Below, in pieces: positions 40,001-54,559 of a stretch of 64,000 nucleotides of DNA (the stretch's first letter is position 1; every line of letters starts with the position of its first letter). The translations under genes and the position numbers were made by a program. Under the pieces are notes generated by a model. The model was not told where the DNA came from. It worked only from the letters and a program-made list of their open reading frames with translations, and searched no databases. The DNA is from Nageia nagi. Lineage: Eukaryota; Plantae; Pinophyta. Location: the NCBI GenBank assembly GCA_050084985.1, contig JBITNC010000001.1, forward strand, positions 105,710,001-105,774,000. Direction: 5' to 3'.

Positions 40001-40310
40001 ACTCAAGTATTCCAAAATAAAATACTTCAATTTGGTTTGTTATTTAGAATTATATTAAGATGGAAATAAGGAGCATTAGGTATCTACATCAATATTTATC
40101 TTGAGTCTTGGATCAACAATCATCTCATAGATATTATGAAAGAAATATATTCCATAAGAGTCCACAATAGAAGAAAATTACATGGAAGCTTTAAAAAAAT
40201 CAAATAAATAATTTGATTCAAGAATAATTATAGTAAAAATACATAAATGCTACTCCTCTTGATGGTTTATGACACTTCTATAATAAAATTCACCAAAACT
40301 CCTAAGGATT
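37057..40310 (+). mobile_element. Highly degenerate Ty1/copia INT-RT-RH; likely host of the Reina-like insertion (gag remnant at ~31200-31536)
   Basis: CEACIFGKHHKRTF..LIHLNLCG..NGNKYIMNFINDYT; RIFGS; IFLGYS; KIRLVANGF; WKIHQID; YLVMYIDD. Confidence 0.88.
39406..39567 (-). mobile_element. 162-bp SINE-like insertion with a 4-bp ATAT duplication, inside copia RT (second copy at 63788-63949)
   Basis: Removing it restores ATT GTA TAT TTA GTT ATG TAT ATT GAT GAT (IVYLVMYIDD); its minus-strand 3' end is TTTTTACTTTTACCTTTTT. Confidence 0.7.
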
Positions 40311-41179
40311 AGAAACAACCCTTGGGATTAAGACAAGATTGTAACACATGGATTAATTTTAAATTTATTTTAGTTGTACTCATATGGAATGTAAACATAT
40401 GATAGATTAGAAGTAATAGTGAAGCTCAATATCCCCTCTACTCAATGTCATATGTTTGTACCATATATTTGTGTTTGGGGTGTATGATTTTTCATAGCTT
40501 GATGTTAATATATTTTTGGTTTATTATAGTCCTCATATTAACTTTAGGTTTGATGGAACAAACCATGGGTGTAATTGAATATGTAATATATTTTCATCTA
40601 TATAATATATTCTCTAGTAATTTAAGTATCCTTGATCTTTGTTTTGAGTTTTGTGTTCTAGGGACTTGTTGTATTTCTCTTTGCATAAGTGCATTAGGAA
40701 TTTATGTGATTCATGAAACTTTTATGGAAAACCATGGGTTACAAATGAATTGTTGGCAAAAAGAATCACCAACCCAACTATGGTGAAATCATAAAGGTTT
40801 AAATGTATTTGGTAAAATAAAGTTTGAATGGAATCATTAGTCCTTCCATGTTTAGAAAAACTATTATGTTTCTCTAGGTCACCAATATCCATTGGTAAGT
40901 TAACAACATAGGAAAAAATCATCAATCAAAGTATGGTCAAGTGCATCGCTAGACCAAGGTGAACCATAAGCTAGAAAAGAATCACCAAATTTCTATGACA
41001 AAAGGAAATCACCAATTCTACCTCTATATGAATCGCCAACTCCCATTATTTTGAATTACCAAATTTGGAGAGTATATGAAGATGTGAAGGTACACTACAT
41101 TGCATGGTTTGTCTCTTCATAAAAGAGTCATTGTTGGGATAAATCTTATGCACTTCCAAAGTTTAACACACATATACAA

Positions 41180-41185
41180 ACATAC

Positions 41186-41268
<83 letters not shown>
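41180..41268. repeat. (TACA)n(TA)n compound microsatellite
   Basis: Direct observation. Confidence 1.
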
Positions 41269-41273
<5 letters not shown>

Positions 41274-41341
41274 GGATATGTTATATTTTAATACCTTTAA
41301 ATAAAACATATAAATACATTACATATTATATAAATTATTTT

Positions 41342-44300
41342 TGTGAACACTTTTGACAAATACAACCAAAGAAAAATAACTAGGTTTTCCAAACCCTTAG
41401 CTAAGTCTTCTATTTCCAATGTAGAACCTCTAGTGCTTCCAATCTCACCACAAGCCTATCATTGAACTCCTAGAGCATCCAATACCCCCATAAGCTTGAT
41501 GTTAGCCTTCCTATGTTACCAATCATACCACACATAAAATGAATGTACAAAATAGTGAATTTACAATTGCACAACACATACAATGATCATAGCATGGAAA
41601 ACTAACATAAACAAATGTTTGAAACCCCAATGCATGTACATATATGCCAATCACATAACAAGAATGAGATCCTAATGTCCTCTGATGTATATTAATAATG
41701 TATAATAGAAATACAATACAATCAAGCCCATATAGTTGTTGTTGGTCTCATAGGAGCCAATCTAGAGCATATCACCACCAAACCTCATTGAAAACTAATT
41801 AGATAACTTTGATACTAATCTATAGAACTATGGTACAAGAATGCTTCCTTAGATATGAGTACCCTCCATCGAACAAGTTCTTCTCAAAGCTAGATAGCTA
41901 ATTGAATGATAAAAATAAACCCTTACATGCCACTAGATGGGCTAGATTCTCCACCTCACCATACATGAATGGGATCCCTTAGCCCAATCAACCTCTAGAT
42001 TCTCTATTTAGGATAAACACTTAGCATCACTAAGTTTGCATAAGTCCTATGGATAGAAGAGAAGTAATAATAATAATATAATGTACAATATGAAGCTCTA
42101 AACAAGTATTTATATCCATCCATCATAAAAGCTATCTCAAAATCATCATAGCCATTCTAATCCAATGTGGGGCATTTAGGGGGCCTAGTAATGCCAACAT
42201 GGAATCCCAAACACTCTAGTGTGCTAACGTGGGGTTCGTAGAATCCTAGTAATACAACATTAGGGTGTGGGACCCTCCCAACTATGATGCAAGCATGCTA
42301 ATGGTCGTACACCCTTATGAGACATAAATAATTCTTAATATTCCCATAATTCAAAATCTCCAATGCATATGAACCAATTCTAATCACCTAGGAGAGAGAA
42401 ATGCCACTAGGGGCTCACAATAGGATCCACATGACCAATATGTCTCTTATCCTAAGTTACATGCATCTAGCACATTGCTAACTAAATAAATATCTTTAAG
42501 ATATCATTTACAATAAATACAATTATTCTCTATAATACAAAAGGGATATCAAAAAATCCTCCCTCCTAAGATTACTTATCCCCAAGCAATAATGGAAGAC
42601 TATAGCATGTTGTCTTCCAAGAATCCTTTAATGATGATATCCCATCCTCATGAAATCAAGGCTCATTATTTAATAAGTAGGAAGCATCAAAACTATGGCA
42701 ATGATGATGGTGTACCTATAACCTTTGAAATAGAAGTGAGAAGAAACCAATGGATCTCATGCTCCTTACATGTACCCAATCTCGACTCCATACCAACTTA
42801 ACTCACCTAGCTAAGATCAACACATATTGAAGCTTCCTCACTCCCAATGTCACAAGCCAAACTATCCCCTGGATTAGCAGTAACTAAAATCCTCCTCCCA
42901 CATGCAAGTAGAAATGTGTGAGCCTTCCCAAGCTCCAACCCTCACTCCAATCATCCATCCAGCTCAACATGGGATGCAACTCATCCAAATAGCTCCTCAC
43001 AATCAACTAGGCCTCTTTGCACTATAACTTGGTATGACTAGCCTCCCTTTAGCTCAACATTGGTAGCAAAACTCCTAGAATGGTTGTTTTGGGATCTCTT
43101 TCATCCTATTAGGTCAACATAGGATATTCAACTCCATACAATGTCAACATGGATCCTCCTATCACTAACATGCCTTACATAGGACCTCTAGGCTCTTGAA
43201 TGCTCCATGTGGTAGATCCCTCCACCTAGATGCTCCCTGCAACATAGTTGGCTTCCTAAATGCCCCACATGGGTGTGTAAGGTACCAAAGTGCTCATTGT
43301 AAGATGACTACTCTTGAAACTACTCAAGGTGGATGGACTCATAAAGCTCATCCTCAAAAGTGTACACAATAGTCCTCAAACCACCATGAAGGTATACAAC
43401 AATAATACATCCATTAGTAGTAGCCAAAGCATCATCAATCTTAGTCTACAATTCCTAAAAGATAACCCTTTTCTTCAACATCAAAGTTTTCATCATGTTT
43501 CCCTCAATAAATGGTATGAATACAACCCCAAAATCTATAGTATGTGCAATCCATGAAGTCTCCAATGATGTGTTAACAATAGCCCCTACTTCAACCTCTG
43601 AAATAGTAATAACAAACCCTATGTATTACTCATCAGTCTCAATCTTCCTGAGAATGGTAGTCCAAAATACATCCATCATGATGTTAAATGCGACCTCCAA
43701 ACAAGAGGTAGATATGGCATCACATTCATCCCAATCAAACATAGTCATCATGTTATCAATGCATGTAACAGTACACCCTTTAATAGTAACTAATTTATTA
43801 TTAACTTCTATCCCCATTTTTCTTAAAATTATTGTACAAATAGCCAACAACTCTACCTAATATGCTGACAACCATGGTGACATCTCAACCCTAATTATCT
43901 TCCATCTTCCCCTATCAAATGTTGTCCTTCACATGTACCATCCCAACTCAAGGAAAGATGTAATCATGTTTGAATATGTCTATTCCAAATTAGTCCATAC
44001 CAAACACAAAGGTAAAGAGTGTATCCTCCTAGTAATGCATGAGTTACCCTTATACATTATTGGCTTTTGGGACAATAAAGTAGCTTTAGAAATGACATGA
44101 TTCCTTACCCAAATAGTGATGGATATTTAGGAACATAATAAAAATAGGAAAGAAAAAATGTACCTCTCTTCTTCTTGATACCTTGGCTATGAGTGAATGT
44201 GTCATAAGAAATCATGTTGGCCCTCTCATGCTCTAATATTTCAACTGAGGCTATGGACTCCTCATTTGTGGATACAATGATTTATGATTTTCCAAGATTT

Positions 44301-46545
44301 GATATATTATTTCCTTGTTTTCAATCTTGGTCTTCTTCCATGCTAGGGTCATGTTTTACACCCATATCATTACTTTCTCCTAAAATCAAATATGAAACAA
44401 GAATGGCTCTTTCCCCTTTCTTCCCAATGTTATCACTTCCAAAAATATTAAGCAAAACCTCTTAATTATTGCTATGAAATTAAAATTGCTATCATACCTT
44501 TTTGGAGTGTCAATATGGCTAACCCAAGGCTTGTATCTTATCACTTCTTCTTCTAGCACAATGTTGGGTTTCCAAGCTCCATGGTGCTCAACATGGGTGT
44601 TAAATTTCCTATTGGGTCAATGTTGGGTTCAAGTTTATTCCATTTCTATCATGGGATGCTAAACCTCCTCTATACCCAACATGTGATGCCAATATTTTTA
44701 TTTTCCTATTCTCATCCCAAGCATGGCATGGTGCCTCCTGATCCTTGCTAGCATGTTATTGAGGTGAGTGGTGCCTCTTTAGCTTATCAAGCCCTCCCCA
44801 ATGCTCAACCATATGCCAATCCATTGAATTGATCACTCTAGTCATATCATTAATGGCTAATATGAGCTCATAAAACTTTTTATCAAAAGTGAATTCTCTA
44901 ACTAAAGTAGAGCTCTTCCTTGTGGAAGTCTTCTACCTATATCTATGCATCTCTCCTTCACCACTAGAAACCCTAGCTTTTGGCTACATGTTGATCCATA
45001 GCCACCTCTCATCCTCTTGAATGATTACCTACCCAAATTTGCTTCTCCTACAAGTGGATGACATAGTTTTCAAACCCTCATATTAAATTTTTCTAATTAT
45101 CTAGGATGATAGATCAAGTCCTTCTATACTTAGAAACAACCTTTAGATCTATAGATATGTCCTCCAAACCCTAGATGACCTAGTCTAGGAATTCAAACTT
45201 TACTAAAAAATTATCATTTTAACCCTAAAATTGACCTTTTAAATGTAGGACCTCCTAATCTTCTAGTTCAATTTGCTACTAGCTAGGTCTTAACCTTACA
45301 TGCTAACTAGATCTAGGCTTTGATACCATTTGTAATATCCCAAATGAATACTTATGCCAAATATAGCAAATGAAATACAACTAGGGTTTCCAAACCCTTA
45401 TCCAAGCCTCCTATGCTTCCAACATAGAACCTCTAAGGCTTCCAATCTCACCACAAACTTGTTGTTGAATTCCTAGAGCACCTAATACCCTCACAAGCTT
45501 AATGTCATCCCTTTTATGTTACCAATCACACCATACATCCAACAAATTCACAAAATAGTGAATTTATAAATGTGCAATGCATACAATGATCATAGCATTG
45601 AAAACAAACATAAATAAAAATTTGAAAGTACAACACATACACATATATGCCAATCACATAACAAGAATGAGATCCCAATGCCCTTTGATGTATATTCATA
45701 ATGTATAATGGAAATACAATATAATTAATCTTGTAGGGCTATAGTTGGCCTCATAGGAGCCAATCTAGGGCTTGTCACCATCAAACCTCATTGAACACCA
45801 ATCAGATAACTCTAATACTACTCTATAAAATCATGGGATAAGAATGCTTCATCAAATCTGAGTACCTTCCATTGAAGGAGTTTTCCTCAAAGCTAGATAG
45901 CCTACTGAATGATAGAAATGCACCCTCATATGCCACTAGATGGTTAGATGCTCCACCTAATCATAGATGAATGGGATCCCTCAACCTAATCACCCTTTAG
46001 ATGCTCCATCTAGGATAAACACTTAGTACCACTAACTCTGGATAAGTCTTATGGATAGAAGAGAAGTAATAATAATAATAATAATAATTTGATGTGTAGT
46101 AGGAAGCTCCAAATAATTATATATATCCATCCATCATAAAAGCTACCTTAAAATCATAATATCCATTCTAATCCAACATTTGGCATTTAGGGGGCTCAAT
46201 AACTTAACACACCATCCTAAAAACCTAGTAATGTGAATGTGGGATTTCAAACACTTTGGAGTGCTAGAGTGGGGTTCCTTGAAGCCTAGTAATACAACAT
46301 TGGAGTGTGGGTTCCCCCCAACTATGATGTAAGCATGCTAATATTCATCAACCCTTATGAGATATAAATACTTATTGGGATTCCCATAATCTGATATCTC
46401 CAATGCATAGGACCCTATTCTAATCACTAGTATGTCTCTTATCCTAAGTTACATGCATCTAACACACTGCTAACTAAATAGATATATCTATGATATCATT
46501 TATAATAAATGCAATTATTCTTTATAATACAAAAGGGATATCACA
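41342..46545 (-). mobile_element. Non-autonomous LTR retroelement (LARD-like): ~1.2-kb LTRs at 41342-42553 and 45331-46545, ~2.8-kb interior lacking pol
   Basis: LTRs are colinear; termini tgtaatatccc...gggatatcaca; PBS TGGTATCAAAGC at 45317-45328 (minus); PPT cttaggagggaggat at ~42556-42570; no RT/INT motifs recognised inside. Confidence 0.88.
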
Positions 46546-49500
46546 AATGATAATAATTCTAATACTCATATAGAGATATTTGGATGAGCTAGTGGTGTTT
46601 TTCTTAGCAAGAGGAGCGATGATAATTAGACTTTTACATGTACATTTTGGAGTAAATTGCAAATTATATTTCTATATTCATCAATTTTAGTACAATGAAT
46701 ATAGATGCAACTTTAGAATCTTGAAATGGTGCATAGATGAATGTGTTACCATGGATTTACTAGGGTATGAGTTCACTTGAGTTCATACGTAAGGGATCAT
46801 AAATAGGTTGGAGTTATTGGTTTATTTTGTAGAAGCATGAGGTCAACTAAACTAGATCTAATTTTGTCACTAAAATTTTAGGAAATAACTTTCTACATAG
46901 TTTTAAAATTGATTTTATAAAGTATGGGCTTAGGATTGCATTCAAAAACTTTCGAAGTTCCCTATAATCAATTAATCATAAAAGTACTATTTTTAATGCT
47001 TAAATTCATTTTATCAAAATACTATTACCTTTATCTACTATTTTCATTACATAAATATTTATACTAATTTTATATTTTGAAAGGATATTATTTTAGTTAA
47101 GTAAATTTATATTATTTTAAGGTTTTTGGTAGATCCCAAAAGAGTTTTGGAGAAGGTTATCCTCCAACCAAATTCACACATATATCATGGTATTGTATCA
47201 AAAATATGTTAGATGTATATACATTTTGCTATCACCATCGTTATCTAATTCCTCTGCTCCACCTAGATATATCTTGGGCATATATATAAAAATCATTATG
47301 GATGTATATCATAATTCTACCACCCACCTACTGCCTTACTCTATCACTCTGCTATGATTTATTATGGGTTTTATAATAAATAAAAAATATTTTTAGGTAT
47401 ATACATTCATGATATAAAGGGGGAGATAATAGTTTTTACATGAGACTCTTGTGAAAGGCTTTTCTTGTAAAGCTCTTACAAGAAATGGAGTTGTAATACT
47501 TTTTTATGAAGTTAATGCATGAGAGGAATATGGTAGGAATGTGAAGGGGAGAGAAATTAAATGGAATAATATTTTAAGATACTAATATAAAAAATATAAT
47601 ATAATACAATTAATATATAATAGATACTCTTCCATTAGTTACCCATGGTACAAAACTTTATTAGCCCTTATTCATGGCTTAAATGGTTAGATCTTTATTC
47701 AAGTGAGCTAACTCTATTTCACAAACCTAAGTATCTTCTTCTAGACCTTTAAATTTTTAACAAATTAAATACTCCTTATATTCTATATATTTTATTTTTT
47801 CTATTCACTCTACAACACTTGATCACTTTCTTCTCATTATTTCTTTGGTATCTAATTTATCTAGTGTTTCACCTTACTAAATAATTGGTCCTTATCTCTT
47901 ATATTATTCACCTCAAGATGGGAATAAAATTATGTATTTGATATTAAAGATAGGTGAAATATAAAATCATATTAGTAAATTTATCTCATGCACATTATAT
48001 GAAAATGTACATTAGAGGGAGAATGGATCCTTTGAAAAAGAAGTGAATGGAGTTGTATCTTTGAAGCTTTAAATGATTCATCAAATATTCTAATAGAAAC
48101 AAAATATGTCAAATTATCCATTCAAAAAGGATATGTCTATCTTATATTTCACTAAATGAATGACCTCAAAACCCAACCCTTGCATGGAGGATCAAATCAT
48201 TGATAAAAAGATTGAGTCATTCATGGTGGGGAGAATATATCTAGAAAAATCCCTACGTATTATTCTCATATTATGGAAGGACTTAAAGTGGATTTATTAA
48301 GAATGCTCTATATGGATATCAATGTCTAATTGGACTCCACTTCTAGGTGTTTATTATTAATGGTCCTTAGAGCTCCTATGAATATAGTTAAAGTATTAGA
48401 AAAGATACATAGGGAAAAATTATTCCCTTGTTAATGTTATTTTTAATAGTAATATTTTTATTTATTTATAACTATTATCAATCATTATTAGTATCTAGTA
48501 TTTTTATGTGGAATATGTGTATTTTGTTTAAGTTTGTGGGCATGTGATGCTTATCTTATTTGAGCAACAACCATAGTTATAGTTTTTGATGTATTATTTA
48601 TAGTTTTGATCATGATGAAAAATATCCAATACAACATCACTTGTTCTATTTTGTAACAAGAGTTTGGAGTCTTTAAAAATCCTTCCATAAATAATAATTA
48701 AAAAATAAACCTAAGAATCATTTAGAGAATGGTCATTTGAATCTAAGCTTTACAAGGTTATCATATGCAACCAATGCCCATGTTGGAAGGACTAGATGTG
48801 GTATATGTAAATATATCTTTATAACTATAAGGAAGGAATGGGATATTATTGGCTTCTACCTCACTTCCTAATGTTTGATAAGCTTAATTCCCAATAGAAT
48901 CATTTCTCACTTTGACATATTTGAGCTCATCACTTACATATAGCTAAGTTTTTTTATTATATTCATGGAGGTTTTAAGGTCCTCTAACCATTACAAAATA
49001 TATTATAAACAGTCAATTTGAGTCCTCCTTACAAAATTCCATGGTGGGTTAACTAATACCAATCTATAACCTAGTACCAATCCAAACTAGAACAAATAAT
49101 GAGAAAAATCAAACCTACACAAAAAAGTTGTAATTGATTCATAAGCGAGTCCTTTTATGCCTCCTAAATCACATCCTCCACCAAGAATGATAGAGATGAC
49201 TACATAAAAATACCATCTTTGGTTGAAAGTAGACTTGCTAAGGAGCTAATCAGAGAGTAATAAGAACTTACCTTCATCTTGAAGTCTAACTTAATCTCCT
49301 CATGGAAGAGTTGGCTCTTGGTTGAGGGAGAGAATTACCATAATAGAGCCTTTAAATAACTCCCCCTTAAAGGAACTAGCAATTTCCACCTCCTTCTTTG
49401 GTTGGTTACCAATCTTGGGAATAGACCAAACATCCTTGATGACCAAATCCAAAATGATTCCAATAACTCTATGTTTCTTACATTTTCTACCTTGGAGATG

Positions 49501-49779
49501 TATCCCTAATAAATGCATCTACTATTTGTGATATACTCCATGGAGCTCTAGTAAAAGTGGAGATTCCCTTTCATGAACCCAACAATACCTTCTTGTAGAG
49601 ACCTTTGATCAACTTCAAAAAATTAGACTATAATAAATTTAAATTTGTTGAACTTGCTTATAAAAAAGGCAAGGATTTGACTCCCTTAAAGATAACCAAA
49701 TAATATATTATAGAAAATCCTCCTTCCATATCCTTAAACTCTCCAAATTCACATCCAAATTGGTCATTAGGTTCACAGC

Positions 49780-50170
49780 TTGATTTCCTTCTTTGTACTT
49801 ATGGATACACTTTATGGCTCCTAATTGTTCCTTTCAAATCTTAGCTTCCAAGATCATCTCTGTAATCATCCAACTGACTGTACACTCTTCCTTGGCTACT
49901 TTAATGATATTCTAAGAATCTCCTTCAAATATTAACTACTGAGGCCCCTCATTCCATGTAATTTTGATAACTATTCTATATGCTCTCGATTCAATAAATT
50001 AAATAGATTGGGAACCTAGAAGTTCTACAAAAGATAAGAAAATCTCCCCATTGGCCTTTCAAAAGACACCACGTACCATTGTTAGGCTCAAACTCCCTTT
50101 AGAGGCTCCATCAAAGTTAACCTTTATCCAACCAAGTTGTGAAGGGTGCCAACAAATTGGTCCCTGAGGT
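49780..50170 (-). mobile_element. LINE-type RNase H (RVT_3-like) fragment
   Basis: Minus strand WHPSQLGWIKVNFDGASKG..RGVF..LIFEGDS. Confidence 0.75.
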
Positions 50171-51149
50171 TAGGTATAGTTTTTGTTTATCAATATCATG
50201 AAGAAGCCAACTTTTTTATATTTCCCTTTAATAGTTTTTTTTTTCAATTATTCTTAATAATATAGATCCAATATCTTGTTTATCATTACTCAATACTTTT
50301 AAAAAACCTTTTTTATAATAAGTTATTTTTGTTATTCTCAGATTTATTGATTGTATTTTCACATCAATTAGACCCATAATATCACTTAGGATGATTAAAA
50401 CTCAAATAAGGTACTAGAAGATGATAAAAATTTTATCCAAAATTGTTACTTAATAGTATATTTAAAGTTAATGCATTCTTAAGAAAGCTCTGGATGGATT
50501 TATAGACTTAGATGAATTTTGTAAACCTATGGATGGATTCGTGTATAGTCACTTAGGGAATAAAGTACTAACATAAAGTAACTAGACGTAACTAAATAAA
50601 TTCTATTTCAGATTGGAGAGAAATGAGTAATCATTTAAGGAAGCTTTAAAGCTTGATGATATAAAGCAATGAAAGTGGTTGTATGAGCTCAATGAAATTT
50701 ACAGGATTGGTTCTTATCTCTTAGGATGTGACTAAATATTATGATTACAAGACAATTATTGTGGAGAATGATAATACAAAGAAGTATAACAAAGTTTCTC
50801 AAATAAGAGTTGATATGAGGACTTCTAAGGATACTTGTAAAAGCTTCAAAACACATGTGAAAATGGTCTTCTTAAAAAAACCTCTATTTTTAAAATTTAC
50901 CACCTCCCCTCTAAATTTATTAAGCCCCTTATTTTTAAAATTTACCATATCCCCAACTCCCTACCCTTAACTATGCACCCCTTTCCCCTCCTCACCATAT
51001 CACCCCCTTTTTTTCAATTACCCTTATTCCCCTCCCCAGTTTTTAAATACCCCTACCCCCTGCCCTTATAAAATACTTAATGATATATCACTAGCTAAAC
51101 TAGATATTAAAAATACCTCTTGTATTTTCACATGTGGTATTTACCATTT

Positions 51150-52870
51150 TCTAATAGCAATCGTCCCATGCTATTGCTTCAGTGGAAAAGATGCTTAATA
51201 GTAGGTTAATCTTTGCTCTTTCAGTAGCTCAAGGGTGGAAAGTTTTTCAACTTGATGTTAAGAGTACCTTTCTCAATGGTGACTTAGATGTGGAGATCTA
51301 CATGAACCAACCATAAGAGTTTGTTATGGAAGGTAAAAATTCTTTTATGTGTAAACTAAAAAAGTCCTTATATGGCCTTAAGCAAGCACCTAGAGCTTCA
51401 TACAAAAATGTTTCATGATCTACTTTGAGGATATTAGGTTTTTTAAGTGTTTCATAGATACTAATCTATATGTGCTCAATCAGGGGCAAGAATTGGTATT
51501 AATTCTTCTATTTTGGATGATCTTTTTATAAGAAGGAATAATGTTAAAATTATCCAAGAGTGCATATCCAAAATCAAGGTAAATTTTGAAATGACTGACC
51601 TTGGTCTCTTGCACTACTACCTTAGTATGCAATTGTACCAATACAAGGATTGTACTTACTTTAGTCAATCCAATTATATCTTAAATATCTTACAAAAGTT
51701 TGAAATGGAGTGCAAACTTGTAGTAATCCTAGTCTCTCCTAGAATCATGTTGTCTCTTAGCTCCAACTCTTAGTTGGATGATGATATGATATATAGGAAA
51801 TTAATTAGTAGTCTTGTTTATTTAAATATCTCCAAGCTAGATATTTTCTTTGCAATAAATATGATGGTATAATTTATGCAAAAATCAATGTTGAGCACCT
51901 CAATGTTGTTAAATAAATATTGATGTATGTTGCAGGAACTAAGAATCTTGCTCTCAATTTTTCAAGTTGCCCTCATTTATTCTCTCAAGGTTCTTAGATT
52001 CTAATTATGGAGGAGATAGAGATTATAAAAAATTAACCTCTACTTATATGTTTAGGATTGATTTAGGTGCTATCTCTTGGGCTTTCAAGAAGTAACCTAC
52101 TATTGCTCTCTTCACCATAGAGGTAGAATATAGAGCAATATCATTTGTAGCCTAAGAAGCTATTTGGTTAAGGCATATTTTGAAAGAAATTAGGTATTAG
52201 AAGGCTTGTCCACATCATATTTCTTTAGATAATCAATCAACTATTGCTTTTGTAAATAACTCAATTTTCTATTAGAGAATAAAACATGTGGAAATCCAAG
52301 CCCATTTTATTAAAGAGAAGGTTCTCGATGGTATCCTTCAATTTTTAGTATTTTCCATCATTCCTAAACTCCATTGATTTTTTCACCAAGCCCCTTTCTA
52401 AAGCCCAGTTGTACAAGCTTAAAGAATCTATTAGGTTGGTGAAATTTCCCTCAAGAGGGATTGAAGGTTGAATTCTTGTTGAATTCATGTTTGTGATGAA
52501 AAATTCATTCTTAAGAGGATATTTTTGATGTATAGTGTTGATCTTTATATAAACCTTCATGGTTAGTTCACTCCATGTGACGAACTAGTTGTACTTTTCT
52601 TAGCATTTGATGTACACTTTCATGGTTAGTTTACTTTGTGTGAGGAACTAGTTGTACATTTTTTAGCAGATGATGTACACCTTCAAGGACACTTTGAGAA
52701 TAAGAAGATCTCAAATTACTGGATGTACTTCCTTGGTTGGAGGAACCACTTTATATTAATGTAAACTTTGTGAGATTGGATTCTTTGTTTATTTTGTTGC
52801 GATGATGTTTTAGAGAGCTTTCATGAGATCTTGTTAGAAGAGGGTTTAGTCATTAAGGATTAGTTCTCTC
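51150..52870 (+). mobile_element. Ty1/copia RT-RNase H plus partial 3' LTR (from ~52462) containing a ~62-bp tandem repeat
   Basis: GWKVFQLDVKSTFLNGDLDVEIYMNQP, KLKKSLYGLKQAPRA, FEMTDLGLLHYYL, DNQSTI, KHVEIQAHFIKEK, DFFTKPL; PPT aagagggga. Confidence 0.93.
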
Positions 52871-52871
52871 A

Positions 52872-53365
52872 ATATCTTGATTTGAAAATTAATTTGTAAA
52901 TTTTTTTAATATCATAAGAATTAAAGAGAATGATATAGAATTCCTAATATAAACTAGTGAATGATAGTAAGATTGTTAGTATAAATTTATATGTATGCCT
53001 TGTTTGTTATGATAAATATGAAATAAGAAAAATCACTCATGCACTCTTCCTATATCAAATATTCATTATACTTATTTTATTTCTATATCAAATATTCATT
53101 ATATGAATTCTAAATCTAACATAATCTTACCATATAAAATAGATTTTAATATCATTTTAAAATATTTAAAAATAAAATATGTGAAAAGATGGATTTTATC
53201 ACTTCATTTTGACTTCCACTTCACTAAATACACAATCTATTTGATAATTCATCATTGACTTCCTAGATTGGAAGCCTAATAATAAATGGGAGGTATTGCA
53301 TTCCCAAGTTTTGAGGAGATAAATAAATTAAAAAGGAGAATAATTTTTTTTTAGTACCACGTTGG
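52872..53365 (+). repeat. Diverged direct paralog of 24437-24885
   Basis: Colinear shared blocks; bounded on the left by the copia LTR and on the right by an LTR-like start tgtatacccaaaa. Confidence 0.9.
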
Positions 53366-54559
53366 TGTATACCCAAAATAATGCAATTGATTGTTTAATG
53401 GGGATTAATTAATGCACTATTTTTCTACTTTGTTTTATTGACATATATTAGAAATATAATAATGATATTTAGTTGACATACATGTTCATTTTATTTTGAT
53501 TACATATTCAATTAATCAATGACATCATACATCAAAAATAAACATGCATTCATACATTAATACATCCTTAATGACCTAAACAAGGCACACCATTGATGAT
53601 GTGGAATAAGAGAAACTTGAAGTGCGATAAGAAATATAAGATAATTGAATGATCAAGTAATCATATAATGAATACATAATAGTAATAAGAAATGATATGC
53701 ATTTAATTAAAAACTTGATATTCACAAGGGTTACCTTTTTTCATGTCGTGGTTCTTGTAATATCCTATAGCCTAGTTTTGATCTTCTATTTGATCTTCAA
53801 TTGATAGAGCTTGCCACCTCTGGAACCCTTTTTTGGTTCCCATTAATGTTTTTATATAATAATTGACCTATTGGTCATGATATAATGGTCCATCACATGA
53901 ATTACCTAGCTTTGGGTATTTTTAACCCCTTTTTACATAATACATCATTGAGGCTCTAAAATGAATTATTTAATAAATAATAATTCAATTTTAGGCATCT
54001 ATATTTTGCCATATTTTGGCCCTTTTTGGAGGTGTGATTGAAGCCATGAAATTACATGTCCAACAAAGAATTTGGAAGAAAATATTTTGAGAACTTTGAA
54101 CTCTTTGTTGTATTGTCCGTTATTGTTGAGGATGATGAATGATGACTTGGATGCCCTAGGAAAGATCATTGAAAGGTGCAACCAAGGCAAAATCTGATGA
54201 AGAGTCTCTCTCCAAGAATAATGTTGTGTAACTGATGGAAATAATTATGATGATGCATGTGGATGGTCCCATAACTAATTTTAGAGATGGAAGATATGTT
54301 TTTGCCCCTTGTACTACTTCAACCATGAATCTAGTCATTTCGTCACATTTGATACGTAAGAACCATTTGCACTTTTGTTCATTATTTGAAATAAAGAGGA
54401 TTTACTTTGAGTGGGATGAAGTGGTAATGAAATGGACATCATTGCTGACATAGGGATTAGTGTTCATGCTATTGATGATGTGGAATTTATTTATTTTTTT
54501 GTATTTTCTTTTGTTCTTTGGGGTGTAGAAACTTGCAATGAAGTGTTAGTAATACCCTG

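Noticed and set aside
40720-41110. Repeated aatcaccaa motifs and a cactac as a CACTA terminus
   Set aside because: No matching second TIR, TSD or transposase found.
48040-49750. Further LINE-like remnants
   Set aside because: Too decayed to support by eye; needs a BLASTx/HMM search.
50870-51080. C-rich tracts as a functional G-quadruplex
   Set aside because: Low-complexity repeat-derived DNA with no supporting context.
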